Origin: Acidobacteriota bacterium
GTDB taxonomy: Bacteria > Acidobacteriota > UBA4820 > DSQY01
DNA: 64,000 nucleotides
Reading direction: 5' to 3'
Assembly: GCA_021787565.1 (NCBI GenBank)
Contig: JAJYLT010000001.1
Coordinates: 99,298-163,297 of the forward strand
The position numbers were made by a program, and so were the translations under genes. Positions 46,591 through 56,282 of the stretch are shown here, one piece after another; position 1 is the first letter of the stretch; each line of letters opens with the position of its first letter. The notes under the pieces are model-generated. The model ran no database searches. It was not told the origin of the DNA and saw nothing but the letters and a program-made list of their open reading frames with translations.

Positions 46591-46722
46591 ATGCCCTCAC
46601 GGCCGCCGCCGGCAAGCGGCTGTTACCTCCTCGCTCTTCCTGCATCTTTCATGAGTGGCAACCACCTCCCTCCTGCGTGGAGGCCGGCCTGCTTCCTGCA
46701 TCCCTCTTTCCTTCCCTATACG

Positions 46723-46750
46723 CCGGGGGCCCCGTGCCCCCGGTTTCCTT
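46723..46750 (+). terminator. Rho-independent terminator-like hairpin immediately upstream of the group II intron insertion point
   Basis: CCGGGGGC-cccgt-GCCCCCGG followed by tttcctttgtggtgt. Confidence 0.45.
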
Positions 46751-46757
46751 TGTGGTG

Positions 46758-47396
46758 TGCCGGGCATGTTGAGCAGCTTGGGGGTGAGAGTCCCCTACCC
46801 AACCTGATGGAGGTGAAGGGTTAGCGAAGCGCAAGGGCGTCACCGTGAGGTGGGGTCTGAAGGAAGCGTGGAGCAAAAGCGCGAGCCGATGAACAAGAAC
46901 CGGATATGAGGCGTGAGCGCCGGACGAGCGGGCCACTAACCGCGAAGTCCATATCCATCAAGGGCGCGGGGCGTAAATCCGGCGGTTGCGCGCTGAAGGC
47001 GGCTGAACTTACCCCGGGAGGCCTGCGCCGTGTCCCGGAATTGGGACTGAGGGTGCCGTGAGGAGCCTTGATCGCGGTGCAGGAGTCAGCAGAGGGCATA
47101 GTAGGGGAGTGGTTCCCCGAAGGCCCGGACGGTGGGAGAGGCAAGTAGGACGCGGTCATGCCGGATGCAGAGCGGCGGAAAATCCAGGGTGACCTGGCCT
47201 TCGAAGCGGTGCTGGAGGGTGAAGCCCGAAGGCATGTGGAGTGAAGGGCCGAAGCATCTGGCACGGGCATCGAAACCGAAAGCCCGGCGGGGACACCCAT
47301 GCGGGTGTGACCGCACAACTCACCGAACCGCCGTGTACGGACCCGTACGCACGGTGGTGTGACAGGGAAAGCCCGCGAGGGCCTACCTATGTCGAT
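46758..47396 (+). mobile_element. ORF-less group II intron derivative (~640 bp; 5' domains plus domain V/VI-like 3' end, no IEP); boundaries approximate
   Basis: About 95% identical to 47397-47890 over its first ~490 bp and to 49189-49261 over its last ~105 bp (..gaaccgccgtgtacggacccgtacgcacggtggtgtgacagggaaagcccgcgagggcctacctatgtcgat). GTGTG at 46755-46759 fits the GUGYG 5' consensus. Confidence 0.6.
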
Positions 47397-49261
47397 TGCC
47401 GGGCATGTTCAGCAGCTTGGGGGTGAAAGTCCCCTGCCCAACCTGATGGAGGTGAAGGGCTAGCGAAGCGCAAGGGCGTCACCGCGAGGTGGGGTCTGAA
47501 GGAAGCGTGGAGCAAACGCGCGAGCCGATGGACAAGAACCGGATAGGAGGCGTGAGCGCCGGACGAGCGGGCAAAGGACCGCAAAGTCCATATCCATCAA
47601 GGGCGCAGAGCGTAAATCCGGCGGTTGCGCGCTGAAGGCGGCTGGACTTACCCCGGGAGGCCTGCGTCGTGTCCCGGAATTGGGACTGAGGGTGCCGTGA
47701 GGAGCCTTGATCGCGGTGCAGGAGTCAGCAGAGGGCATAGTAGGGGAGTGGTTCCCCGAAGGCCCGAACGGTGGGAGAGGCAAGTAGGACGCGGTCATGC
47801 CGGATGCAGAGCGGCGGAAAATCCAGGGAGTGCTGGCCTTCGAGCCCGCGCTAGAGGGTGAAGCCCCGAGGCGCGTGGACGAAGGGGCCGAACCGTTTGC
47901 TGCGGGAAGCGAGCCCGAAAGCCCGGCAAACACCGAGCGTCTGATGGAGGAGGTGGCTGAAGCGGAGAACCTGAGGAAGGCATTGAAGCGGGTGATGGCG
48001 AACAAAGGGTGCGCGGGAGTGGACCGGATGAGTTGCCGGGAGCTTCCTGAATACCTGAAAGCCCATTGGCCGCGGATACGGGAAGAGCTGCTTGCGGGCC
48101 GGTACAAACCCCAGCCAGTGCTTCGGGTGAAGATACCGAAGCCGGACGGCGGAATGCGGGACCTGGGCATTCCAACGGTGCTGGACCGGTTCATACAACA
48201 GGCTTTGCTGCAAAGGCTGCAAGCTCTCTGGGACGGGACGTTTTCGGACTCCAGTTACGGTTTTCGCCCTCACCGCTCGGCGCACCAGGCCGTTGAACGC
48301 GCGCAAGGCTACATCCGGCAAGGATGCGGGATTGTCGTGGACATCGACTTGGAGAAGTTTTTCGACCGCGTAAACCATGACGACCTCATGAACGAGATTG
48401 CGAAGCGGGTCACGGACAAGCGGGTGCTCAAGCTGGTGCGGGGGTATTTGAACGCGGGAGTGCTGGAAGACGGCCTGGTCAAGCCGGTGGATGAGGGGAC
48501 GCCGCAAGGCGGGCCTCTATCGCCGCTTTTGTCGAACATCGTGCTGGACAAACTGGACAAGGAACTTGAGAAGCGCGGACACCGGTTCGTGCGCTATGCG
48601 GACGACTGCAATATCTACGTGCGAAGCGAGCGCGTGGGGCAGCGGGTGATGGAAAGCATCGGCCGTTTCATCGAGAAGAAGCTGCGGCTCAAGGTCAACA
48701 AGGATAAAAGCGCGGTGGGGAAACCAAAAGAGCGTAAGTTTCTGGGCTTCAGTTTCACGGGCGGGAAGGAGCCGAGGCGGCGGATTGCGCCGAAGGCCCT
48801 CTATCGCTTCCGGGCAAGAGTGCGGGAACTAACGCGGCGAACCAGGGGAGCAAGGCTGGAGCGGATCATCGAGGAACTGGCGAAGTACCTCCGAGGATGG
48901 CGGGCCTATTTCGGATTCTGCCAAACACCCTCGGTGCTGAAAGAGCAAGACGAATGGCTCCGGCGGCGGCTCAGAAGCCTCATCTGGAAACGATGGAAGC
49001 GCGGGCGCGTGAGATTCCGGGAACTCAGAGCACGGGGTGTTGGGAAGGACCTGGCGGCGCAAACCGCCGGAAGCTCCCATAGCCCCTGGCGCATCAGCCA
49101 CAGTCCGGCGCTTACCTGCGCCTTTCCCAACGCCTTCTTCAAACGCCTTGGCCTGCCTTCACTGGCGTGAAGTGTAAGCTCAACCCGTCGAACCGCCGTG
49201 TACGGACCCGTACGCACGGTGGTGTGACAGGGAAAGCCCGCGAGGGCCTACCTATGTCGAT
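47397..49261 (+). mobile_element. Group II intron (full copy with intron-encoded protein), inserted in tandem directly after the ORF-less copy; boundaries approximate
   Basis: Shares its 5' ~490 bp and 3' ~105 bp with 46758-47396. Domain IV carries an RT/maturase ORF. A domain V-like hairpin ccgtgtacgg-accc-gtacgcacgg lies near the 3' end, and both copies end ...ctacctatgtcgAT. Confidence 0.7.
47944..49170 (+). CDS. Group II intron-encoded reverse transcriptase/maturase (no endonuclease domain)
   Basis: MEEVAEAENLRKALKRVMANKGCAGVDRMSCRELPEYLKAHWPRIREELLAGRYKPQPVLRVKIPKPDGGMRDLGIPTVLDRFIQQALL... shows RT blocks 0-7, including FVRYADDCNIYV (the YADD catalytic motif). The maturase X domain follows. 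Confidence 0.85.
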   Translation: MEEVAEAENLRKALKRVMANKGCAGVDRMSCRELPEYLKAHWPRIREELLAGRYKPQPVLRVKIPKPDGGMRDLGIPTVLDRFIQQALLQRLQALWDGTFSDSSYGFRPHRSAHQAVERAQGYIRQGCGIVVDIDLEKFFDRVNHDDLMNEIAKRVTDKRVLKLVRGYLNAGVLEDGLVKPVDEGTPQGGPLSPLLSNIVLDKLDKELEKRGHRFVRYADDCNIYVRSERVGQRVMESIGRFIEKKLRLKVNKDKSAVGKPKERKFLGFSFTGGKEPRRRIAPKALYRFRARVRELTRRTRGARLERIIEELAKYLRGWRAYFGFCQTPSVLKEQDEWLRRRLRSLIWKRWKRGRVRFRELRARGVGKDLAAQTAGSSHSPWRISHSPALTCAFPNAFFKRLGLPSLA

Positions 49262-49366
49262 TCATCCGCCCGCGCCACCCACTCCGCCACGCGCACACCG
49301 CTACACGCACCCCGCCCACCCCGCCCGCGTTGCACCCGCGCCGCCGAACGGGTATTCTGGTCCCGT

Positions 49367-49443
<77 letters not shown>

Positions 49444-49447
49444 GGTT

Positions 49448-50575
49448 TCAGCCGCCCTCAGAATTTCCGATGTTAGTTTTTTGTGAGTGCCGGACCGCGA
49501 GAACGGCCACGGCGTCCATGAGCATCTTTGGGGCGAGGTGGGCATAGCGGAGGGTCGTCTCGAAGTCCCTGTGCCCCAAAAGCTCCCGCACAACGGCAAG
49601 GTCCGCGCCGGCCATGATCGCCCGGCTTGCGAACGTATGCCGCAAGTCGTGAAACCGAAAGTCCTCGATCTTCGCGGCCGTGATCGCCGCTCGCCACTGC
49701 CGGGAAAGGTTGGCCTGTGTGCCCCCGTCCCCATTGGGGAAGACGAGGGCGCCCGTATTGATAGGCCGGGGTAGTTCATGCAGGACCGAAAGGGCCACCT
49801 CGTTCAAGAAAACGTGACGGTCCTTTTTCCCCTTGGCCCGCGTCGCCGGGATCGTCGCCACGGCGTTCGGTAGGTCAACGTCGCGCCAGGTAAGGCCGAG
49901 AATCTCGCCCCGCCTCGTACCCGTATGCAGAGCGAAAAGCACGATGCGCCGAAGGTAGGGCGAGCACTTCTTGAGTAGACGCTCCTCCTCATCGTCAGTG
50001 AGGAACCGAACGCGGCGGGGGTCTTCGCGGAAGAGTTTCACCTTTGCGGCGGGGTTGCCGTCCACGAGGCCCCACTGGCCGGCCAGGGTGAAGAGCCGCT
50101 TGAGCCGGGCAAGGGAAATATCCACGCAGCGCTTACCGACCAGCCGGGGCGCGGCGCCCTCTTTCTCTCCTGCCTTGCTCTTGGTGTCCCGAGCCGCCTC
50201 CTTCATGCGTTCGATCTTGTACCGTTCCACGTCGCCGCCCGTGATCTTGTCCAGGGTTCGTCCCTTGAAGCAGGGTGAGGCCTTCCACGAGTCGGCAACC
50301 CACCGGTCCATCTTGAACGTGGAGGCGCGGCAGTTGGCTTCCGACCACTCCAGGAAGCGCTTAACGGCTTGCTCGAAGGACGTATGCACTTCCTTGCGGC
50401 GGTCCCGGAAGTGATCGTCTATGATCTGCCCGCGAACGCTTTGGAGCAACGCGCGGGCCTCGGTGCGGTTGCGGCAAATTTTCCGAACCCATCGGCCCTC
50501 GTACATCCACGAGGCCCGGCACCGGCCGTCCGGTAAGACCAGAATGCCTTTTTCGCGCCTCTGTTGGGTTGCCAC
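49448..50575 (-). CDS. int: Tyrosine-type site-specific integrase (phage integrase family)
   Basis: C-terminal catalytic region ...HTGTRRGEILGLTWRDV...FHDLRHTFASRAIMAGADLAVVRELLGHRDFETTLRYAHL (R..H.R..H..Y) and an N-terminal SAM-like domain. Confidence 0.85.
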   Translation of the reverse strand: MATQQRREKGILVLPDGRCRASWMYEGRWVRKICRNRTEARALLQSVRGQIIDDHFRDRRKEVHTSFEQAVKRFLEWSEANCRASTFKMDRWVADSWKASPCFKGRTLDKITGGDVERYKIERMKEAARDTKSKAGEKEGAAPRLVGKRCVDISLARLKRLFTLAGQWGLVDGNPAAKVKLFREDPRRVRFLTDDEEERLLKKCSPYLRRIVLFALHTGTRRGEILGLTWRDVDLPNAVATIPATRAKGKKDRHVFLNEVALSVLHELPRPINTGALVFPNGDGGTQANLSRQWRAAITAAKIEDFRFHDLRHTFASRAIMAGADLAVVRELLGHRDFETTLRYAHLAPKMLMDAVAVLAVRHSQKTNIGNSEGG

Positions 50576-50587
50576 CGCTTCCCCCCT

Positions 50588-50878
50588 CTAGGCTTCGGTG
50601 ATCGTCCGCGGCTTCGCCTTGGCCAGCACCTTTCCCAGCCGCGCCTTTACCCGGTGGGCCTCAATGGCGGCCATGGTGGAAGTGCCCTTCCCGGCGGTGA
50701 GGTAGAGCACGAGGTCTTCCCCAAGAATGGTGTAGTTCCGCCGCGCCTCGGGTCGCACTGCCTTGAGGAGCTTGCGCCGGATGAGACGCCGAACGGCTTC
50801 GGCGCTGATACTCAGAATCCCGGCCGCCTCCTCCACGCTGTAGGCCTTCCCAAGAAGGCTGTCCAAGTCAACGGGCAT
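50588..50878 (-). CDS. Helix-turn-helix DNA-binding protein (excisionase-like)
   Basis: MPVDLDSLLGKAYSVEEAAGILSISAEAVRRLIRRKLLKAVRP is a MerR/excisionase-type HTH. Confidence 0.5.
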   Translation of the reverse strand: MPVDLDSLLGKAYSVEEAAGILSISAEAVRRLIRRKLLKAVRPEARRNYTILGEDLVLYLTAGKGTSTMAAIEAHRVKARLGKVLAKAKPRTITEA

Positions 50879-50929
50879 CCGGAGCCCTCCTTCCACTTGA
50901 GAATATAACGTTGCATAGGGTGCGCGTCA

Positions 50930-51060
50930 AGTGTCTTCGCGCGCGCGTAAGAGGCAAGAAAGCAGTGTCCGATAATAACTATTATGTTAAATCGTATCGA
51001 TATGCCAACTAAGACTCTCTTCACTTTTAGCTATCGTATATCCTATGCCCAGGGGGCCAA
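50930..51060. promoter_or_regulatory. AT-rich non-coding segment of the island with short direct repeats (TCGTAT-N-ATGCC x2); candidate promoter/operator or origin region
   Basis: ttaaatcgtatcgatatgccaactaag...tagctatcgtatatcctatgccc. GC is far below the window average. Confidence 0.3.
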
Positions 51061-51328
51061 CCACAAGATATAGGGGGGTGTCGTGTGCTCCGGGGCGGGC
51101 GGCCCCTCCCCCTTGCAACACTCAACAACAGGGGGCCGATGCGCGGTTCACCCCCACGTGCGTGGGGACATCGCGGACCGGAGCCGCCGCCAGAAGACCC
51201 GTAGGCGACGAAAAGAGAGCGGCCCGTTAGAACATACAGGCCACCCCCGTTTCATTCGTCGTGGTGGTTCCTAGAGAGAGGGGGGGGCAGAATGTTCTGC
51301 CCCCCCAAGCGGACGGCGGGCTTCCTTT

Positions 51329-52162
51329 TCAGAAGCCAACCGCCTCTGGCGAGGCTACCTGAACCGCCGATGGCCGTGACTGGATGAAGGAGCCACCGCA
51401 GCCGGGGATGGCCGACGCGTCGGCCATGGGTGTTATGAGGTCGGACCCGGCCCCCTCGTAGTAAGCGAGAATCCGGAGGTTGGTCCCCTCGATTTTCGCG
51501 GTCAACTTTCGGCTCAGGCTGCGAAGGAGGTTATCGGCCTCAGATGCGAGCCGGGAGTATGCCTGATACCGCACTGTGTCACCCTCGGAGCCGGGTTGGG
51601 AAAGGCCCCCATATGAGAATCGGGGGCTACAGCCGCACTCCTTCTCCCGAAGGTGCTGAGCACGGGCGCTTGAGAGGACGATCCGGCCGAGAAGGGTGTT
51701 GATCTCTAATGCCAGCTCGCAGACCCGGTCCGCGGCCTTCGCGTTCTGTTCGATAACCTTAGCGACGGCCGCTAGGTGCTGTTCCCTCCATTCCCACTGC
51801 CGACGCTCCTCGTGGGCCGCCTTCGCAGCATTGAGGCTGGCGGCGGCCTCATCCAGTGCGGCCTGTGCCCTTTCGCACATCTTGCCCAGGCCCGCTAGCC
51901 GTGCGCGTCCCATCGCAGCGGCGGCGAGGGTAGATCGAAGACGTTCTTCGGCTCCGTCATCAGCGCCCTCCGCGGCAAGGGCGGTTTCCACTTCACCCTG
52001 AGCCGCTTCGAGAGCCGCCAGCTCCACCGATGCGGCCTTCTGCCGGGCCTCCACATCGACGAGGTGCTGCTTTGCCGCCTCTACCGAGCGCTCACGCGTG
52101 GAAACCTCCTCCGCGAGCCGGGCCAGGGTGTCTTCCGTCATGATCGCCTCTGCGGCCTTCAT
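51329..52162 (-). CDS. Hypothetical Ala/Glu-rich coiled-coil protein (island cargo)
   Basis: 277 aa, heptad-like composition, no catalytic motifs. Confidence 0.4.
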   Translation of the reverse strand: MKAAEAIMTEDTLARLAEEVSTRERSVEAAKQHLVDVEARQKAASVELAALEAAQGEVETALAAEGADDGAEERLRSTLAAAAMGRARLAGLGKMCERAQAALDEAAASLNAAKAAHEERRQWEWREQHLAAVAKVIEQNAKAADRVCELALEINTLLGRIVLSSARAQHLREKECGCSPRFSYGGLSQPGSEGDTVRYQAYSRLASEADNLLRSLSRKLTAKIEGTNLRILAYYEGAGSDLITPMADASAIPGCGGSFIQSRPSAVQVASPEAVGF

Positions 52163-52164
52163 TC

Positions 52165-52371
52165 TCAGCCTCCGAGGGCGGGGTCTTGCCCGTGGTCGGG
52201 AAAGTCGGCGCCACGCTTCGGCCCCGGGTTGGATTGCTTCACCCGGCGGGCCAACGCCTCCTGGTCCGCCTGCTTAAACGCCTCAATGGAGGGCAAAGGC
52301 GGCGCACCGTCGGGCATCCGCTGCGTGGGGTGAATGTAGACTCCGCCGTCCTTGCGTTCGATTCTGGCCAT
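52165..52371 (-). CDS. Hypothetical small protein (island cargo)
   Basis: 68-aa ORF immediately downstream of, and co-oriented with, the 52375-52758 gene. Confidence 0.3.
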   Translation of the reverse strand: MARIERKDGGVYIHPTQRMPDGAPPLPSIEAFKQADQEALARRVKQSNPGPKRGADFPDHGQDPALGG

Positions 52372-52374
52372 AGT

Positions 52375-52758
52375 TCACGCTCCTTTCTGGTTCTGGGGTG
52401 GGGCAATTACCTTCTTGCCCTTGGTGGTTTCGCTGAACGTGGGGCCTCCTAGCGCGTCGTTTTTTGGCCGGGGGTGGCACCGAGAGCAAATCCACGGACC
52501 GGGGGCCTCGGTGCCGTCGGTGTAGCGGACGATGCCCCGCCAGAAGTCCCGGCCCTTACAGGCGATGCAGACAACCGGCGCGGGCTCGGGTACCAGCCGC
52601 AAAAGGTCCGGTTTGACCTTCCTGGCCTCGACTAGCAGGTCGGCCGGGACGCTTTCCGCCGGGGAAAGGTAGAGGTTGGAGCCCTGCCGCTCAACTCTGA
52701 TTCCGGCGGCCTGCAATTCGGCGAGGACGTGAACCGCGAGTTCTGCCGGTGTTTTCAT
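52375..52758 (-). CDS. Hypothetical protein with a CxxC...CxxC zinc-finger-like motif (island cargo)
   Basis: VVCIACKGRDFWRGIVRYTDGTEAPGPWICSRCHP. Confidence 0.35.
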   Translation of the reverse strand: MKTPAELAVHVLAELQAAGIRVERQGSNLYLSPAESVPADLLVEARKVKPDLLRLVPEPAPVVCIACKGRDFWRGIVRYTDGTEAPGPWICSRCHPRPKNDALGGPTFSETTKGKKVIAPPQNQKGA

Positions 52759-52900
52759 GGCCTACTCCTATTTTCGGTCCTCTTTAGGCTGCGAGGCCTG
52801 CTAGAGAGACAATGGGTCATGGACTGGAAAGCATTGTGGGATAAGGGGTAGAGTCGCCCCGTAATTCCGAGTGTTAGTCTGGTGTTAGTGGCGGTGGTTG

Positions 52901-54187
52901 TCATGGCGCACCCTGCCAGCGGGCACAAGGGCCGAAGTATTCGGCCCTCACGATACCGAGCCGGCCGTCCTGGTTCTTGTCCACGATAATCTCGCCGGGC
53001 GTGATTGGATCACCGCTGCGGCGGTTCCACCGATGAAGGAGGAGGACACCAGAGGCCACTTGCTCAAGCCGCCCGGTCCCTTCGAGGTCTGCCCGCGTCG
53101 GGCGGTCTCTCTCGGAATCGGTCTCAGCGCCTCGGTTGAGCTGGGAGCCCACCACGAGGGCCACGCGCTCCCGTACGGCCAACGCCGCGAGCTTCTGAGC
53201 CGTCAAGGTGCGCCCCTCATATCCGCTTTCAGCCCGTCCGAAATCGATCAACTGGAAATAGTCCACCGTCACGAGGTCCAGGCCTCCCAGCGCTTCCCTG
53301 GCCTGCCGGATGCGCCACGCCAGCTCGTCAACGCTGGCGCCGGGGCAGTCATGGAAAGCGAGGTTCGGCGCCTCGTGGAGTTCTGCCCATGCCCGGCTGT
53401 AGGCCTCCCGCTGCGCCTCGTCCATCTCCACCGGCTTCCTGATACTGGCAAGGAGAACGCCGGAACGGATGCTGAGGAGTCGCCACAGGTTGCGGACTGC
53501 CCCCATTTCTAGGGCGAGGTGAACGCACCGGCGCCCACGCCTCACGTTGCGGTCAAGGAGCAAGAGCAAGAAGCTGGTCTTGCCTACAGACGGCCGCGCG
53601 CCGACAAACCACAGCTCCCCCGGTTGGAGGCCAGGGCTTAGGAGCCCGTCAAGATCATGGAGGCCCGTGGGAAGCCCCGGCGCCTTCCCTTCCAGCCGAC
53701 GCCGGAAATCGGTCTCTTCCTCGTCTGCCCAACGCTTGGCGGAGTATACGCCGCCAGCGGACCGCGCCGAGGTCTCACCGGACAGCCGTTGCAGCTCCTG
53801 AAGGGCTTCTTCGGCGGTTCGCTCCTGTGCGATGGTGCCGAGCCGCAGCGCCCCCTCGATAATCCGCCGGCGCTGCGCATCTTGCTGGATGATTGCGGAG
53901 TAACGAGCCACCGAGGAAAGCCGGGGCACACCGTCCACGAGGCCTGAAACGGTCTCCGCACCTCCCACGGCTTCAAGCTCGCCCGCCCGGTGTAGGTGGT
54001 CAGTCACGCTCACCACGTCGGCGCCGTCGCCAGCGCACGCAAGAATTGCGCGCCAGACGCGCCGGTGAGCCGGCAGGCCGAAGTCGTCGGCCTGGAGGCC
54101 TTCGGCCGTAGCCGTGAGGGCGTTCTTTTGGAGCACGGCACCGAGGAGTGCGCGCTCGGCTTCAATGGGCACAGGCAGAGGCTTCAC
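52901..54187 (-). CDS. DnaB-like replicative DNA helicase
   Basis: N-terminal DnaB-type region (IEAERALLGAVLQKNALTA...), Walker A GARPSVGKTSFLLLLL, Walker B-like DLVTVDYFQLI, and a RecA-like C-terminal domain. Confidence 0.7.
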   Translation of the reverse strand: MKPLPVPIEAERALLGAVLQKNALTATAEGLQADDFGLPAHRRVWRAILACAGDGADVVSVTDHLHRAGELEAVGGAETVSGLVDGVPRLSSVARYSAIIQQDAQRRRIIEGALRLGTIAQERTAEEALQELQRLSGETSARSAGGVYSAKRWADEEETDFRRRLEGKAPGLPTGLHDLDGLLSPGLQPGELWFVGARPSVGKTSFLLLLLDRNVRRGRRCVHLALEMGAVRNLWRLLSIRSGVLLASIRKPVEMDEAQREAYSRAWAELHEAPNLAFHDCPGASVDELAWRIRQAREALGGLDLVTVDYFQLIDFGRAESGYEGRTLTAQKLAALAVRERVALVVGSQLNRGAETDSERDRPTRADLEGTGRLEQVASGVLLLHRWNRRSGDPITPGEIIVDKNQDGRLGIVRAEYFGPCARWQGAP

Positions 54188-54945
54188 GCAAGTCCCCCCT
54201 CACCACGAGGCGCCCGAAAGTAGATCAAAGGATCAATGGGAGCTGGCGCGGCGCCCAGTTCATCTTCCCAGCCTTTGGCATTGAGCCAGCTTGCGGGGTA
54301 AGGGATGAACGCCCCATCGTCTTTCTGCCAGTCCTTCGAGCGATTGGCCCGTTCGATGGCCGCAAGGATAGCCCGGAGCAGGTCTGCATCGGGGTGAAGC
54401 TTCTTCCAGGCCTTTTCCGCTTCACCCTTACTCCGCTTCCTCGGGTAGGCCTTCCAGAAGGTCTCAAATCCACTCGCGCGCACCGGGGGTGCGCAAGTCT
54501 TTTTTTCTGCTTCTGCTTCTGCTTGTTGTGATTTTGCGTGACGCGTCACGCTATCGTCACGCTCTGGCGTGACGCTCTGTGCGGAGGAGCGGCGCTCCCG
54601 ATAGCGCCGGGCGCGCTCCCGGTCCAGGGTGCGCCTCCGCTCCTCGTCCTGCATTTCTCGGTATTTGCGATAGTTTAGAACGAGATAGCCGCCGTCGGTT
54701 CTCTCGATCCGCCGGCCCTCGTTGTCCGGTGTGCGGCTATCGGGGTCGGGTGACTCGAAGAGGGCCAGCGCTCTGCGCGTCTTCCCCAAGGACACTCGCG
54801 CCTCATGGGCAATGCCCGGAGCGGTGGCCCGGACAAGGCCGTCGGGGTTGGCCAGAGCCAAAAGCGTGATCCAAACCTTGCACGTCTCGGCGTCCTCGGC
54901 CCATATGCTGCTTTGCAGGATGTCCGCGAAAAGCTTGGTGTACAC
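54184..54945 (-). CDS. Putative replication initiation/helicase-loading protein (hypothetical), translationally coupled to the helicase gene
   Basis: 253 aa with a basic Arg-rich central region (RRRTLDRERARRYRERR). Its stop overlaps the helicase start. Confidence 0.35.
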   Translation of the reverse strand: MYTKLFADILQSSIWAEDAETCKVWITLLALANPDGLVRATAPGIAHEARVSLGKTRRALALFESPDPDSRTPDNEGRRIERTDGGYLVLNYRKYREMQDEERRRTLDRERARRYRERRSSAQSVTPERDDSVTRHAKSQQAEAEAEKKTCAPPVRASGFETFWKAYPRKRSKGEAEKAWKKLHPDADLLRAILAAIERANRSKDWQKDDGAFIPYPASWLNAKGWEDELGAAPAPIDPLIYFRAPRGEGGLA

Positions 54946-54980
54946 GGCGCGCGCTCCTATTCAGGCCGCAAGCCGGCCGG

Positions 54981-55217
54981 TCACGACGGCCGCCGGCCGT
55001 CCGGGCGAAGGGTTTCGCGGGCCGCGATGGTGCTTGCATCGAAGATGGCGCGGATGTCGGCAAGCCGGTAATAGACGGCGTGCCCGATCTTCACGAAAGG
55101 AAGCTGGCGCTTCGAGGTCATTTGCCGGACAGTCCCAAGCGGGATGGAAAAGCGCCTGGCGAGTTCGGCCGCCCTCACGAATTCGGGGGAGCTGTCCAAC
55201 TTGGCTATCGGGTCCAT
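54981..55217 (-). CDS. AlpA/excisionase-like helix-turn-helix protein
   Basis: MDPIAKLDSSPEFVRAAELARRFSIPLGTVRQMTSKRQLPFVKIGHAVYYRLADIRAIF has an HTH_17-like fold. Confidence 0.5.
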   Translation of the reverse strand: MDPIAKLDSSPEFVRAAELARRFSIPLGTVRQMTSKRQLPFVKIGHAVYYRLADIRAIFDASTIAARETLRPDGRRPS

Positions 55218-55340
55218 GTCTACCTCCACCCTAATCATGGCGCGTGGTAGACACAACGCAAAGCCTGTCTATGTATGTGGAGATAAACGGGTTATCCGCC
55301 GTCTATGGTGGGTCAATGGGTGTCATGGGACAAATAGGCT

Positions 55341-55991
55341 CTATCTGTCCTGGCTGGGTGCCGCTCGCAATGTGTGAGCCCGATCAAGAGCCCTTTCGAT
55401 TGCCCGCCGGGTGCAGTCAACAGACGGGCTCCCCAAAAAAAGGAGCTGGATTCTCCCGGCTTCCTCTCGGTAATCAATGCAGTGAAGTCCTTCAAGCTTC
55501 CGCTCGCGAACGGCCTTTAGAAATGCGCCGGTTCGTTCCGTCTTGGTTTTCCAGCGGCCCCTTTGATTGGCCTCAAGAAACTTCTGCGCCAGCCGGGCGA
55601 GTGGACCGCGCTTGTCGCGCTTCGCCCGGCCGCCTGTCCTTCCGTATGTGGCCGACGTTTCCCGCGCCCGCTTCCGTTCATTGGCCGCAACGGTGCCGGC
55701 CAGCAGGGCGTCATCAAGGCTATTGATCGGCGCCCCCTCTACGGGGTCAAAGTCCCGGTCAATCATCTCCTGCCAGGCCTCGCCCGTGGGTGGGAATGCG
55801 GGAAAGGGCTCGTCCCAATTGGGGTTTTCAAAATCCTGGGGGAGCGGCTGCGGGGGCTGTGGCCGCGCTTTCTTCGACACGAGCACCCGGAAGCCGTCCT
55901 TGAGTGACAGGGTGCCGACAAAGTGGAATGATCGCTTTTCCTCGGGGGTAGCTTTCTTGCTCATTCCCGGCGCTCCTTCCGGGTGCTCCAA
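55341..55991 (-). CDS. Hypothetical protein (island cargo)
   Basis: 216-aa ORF with no recognisable motifs. Confidence 0.35.
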   Translation of the reverse strand: MEHPEGAPGMSKKATPEEKRSFHFVGTLSLKDGFRVLVSKKARPQPPQPLPQDFENPNWDEPFPAFPPTGEAWQEMIDRDFDPVEGAPINSLDDALLAGTVAANERKRARETSATYGRTGGRAKRDKRGPLARLAQKFLEANQRGRWKTKTERTGAFLKAVRERKLEGLHCIDYREEAGRIQLLFLGSPSVDCTRRAIERALDRAHTLRAAPSQDR

Positions 55992-56233
55992 AGAGGGTGA
56001 AGGGGCGGGCCGCTCGCTGGAGCTGCGAGCCCTGGCCGGTAGCTGGCCGGCCGGGTGCCCGCCCCTGATGGTTCGATCTTACCGCAGAGGGCGGCCGGGT
56101 GGTATGCCCTCCGGTGCCGATGTTAGTTTTATGTTAGTGCCGGGTCCAATTTCTCGCATTCCGTGTCAACTCGCCCTCTTCAAACGTCCTTAATATTCAA
56201 CACCTTTCAACTCTAGTCAAGTCGTCTGTCTAA

Positions 56234-56282
<49 letters not shown>

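Noticed and set aside
52480-52500. TGGCACCGAGAGCAAA as a possible sigma-54 site inside the island
   Set aside because: The -12 region does not match TTGC and the GG/GC spacing is off by one. It is also internal to the 52375-52758 gene on the opposite strand.
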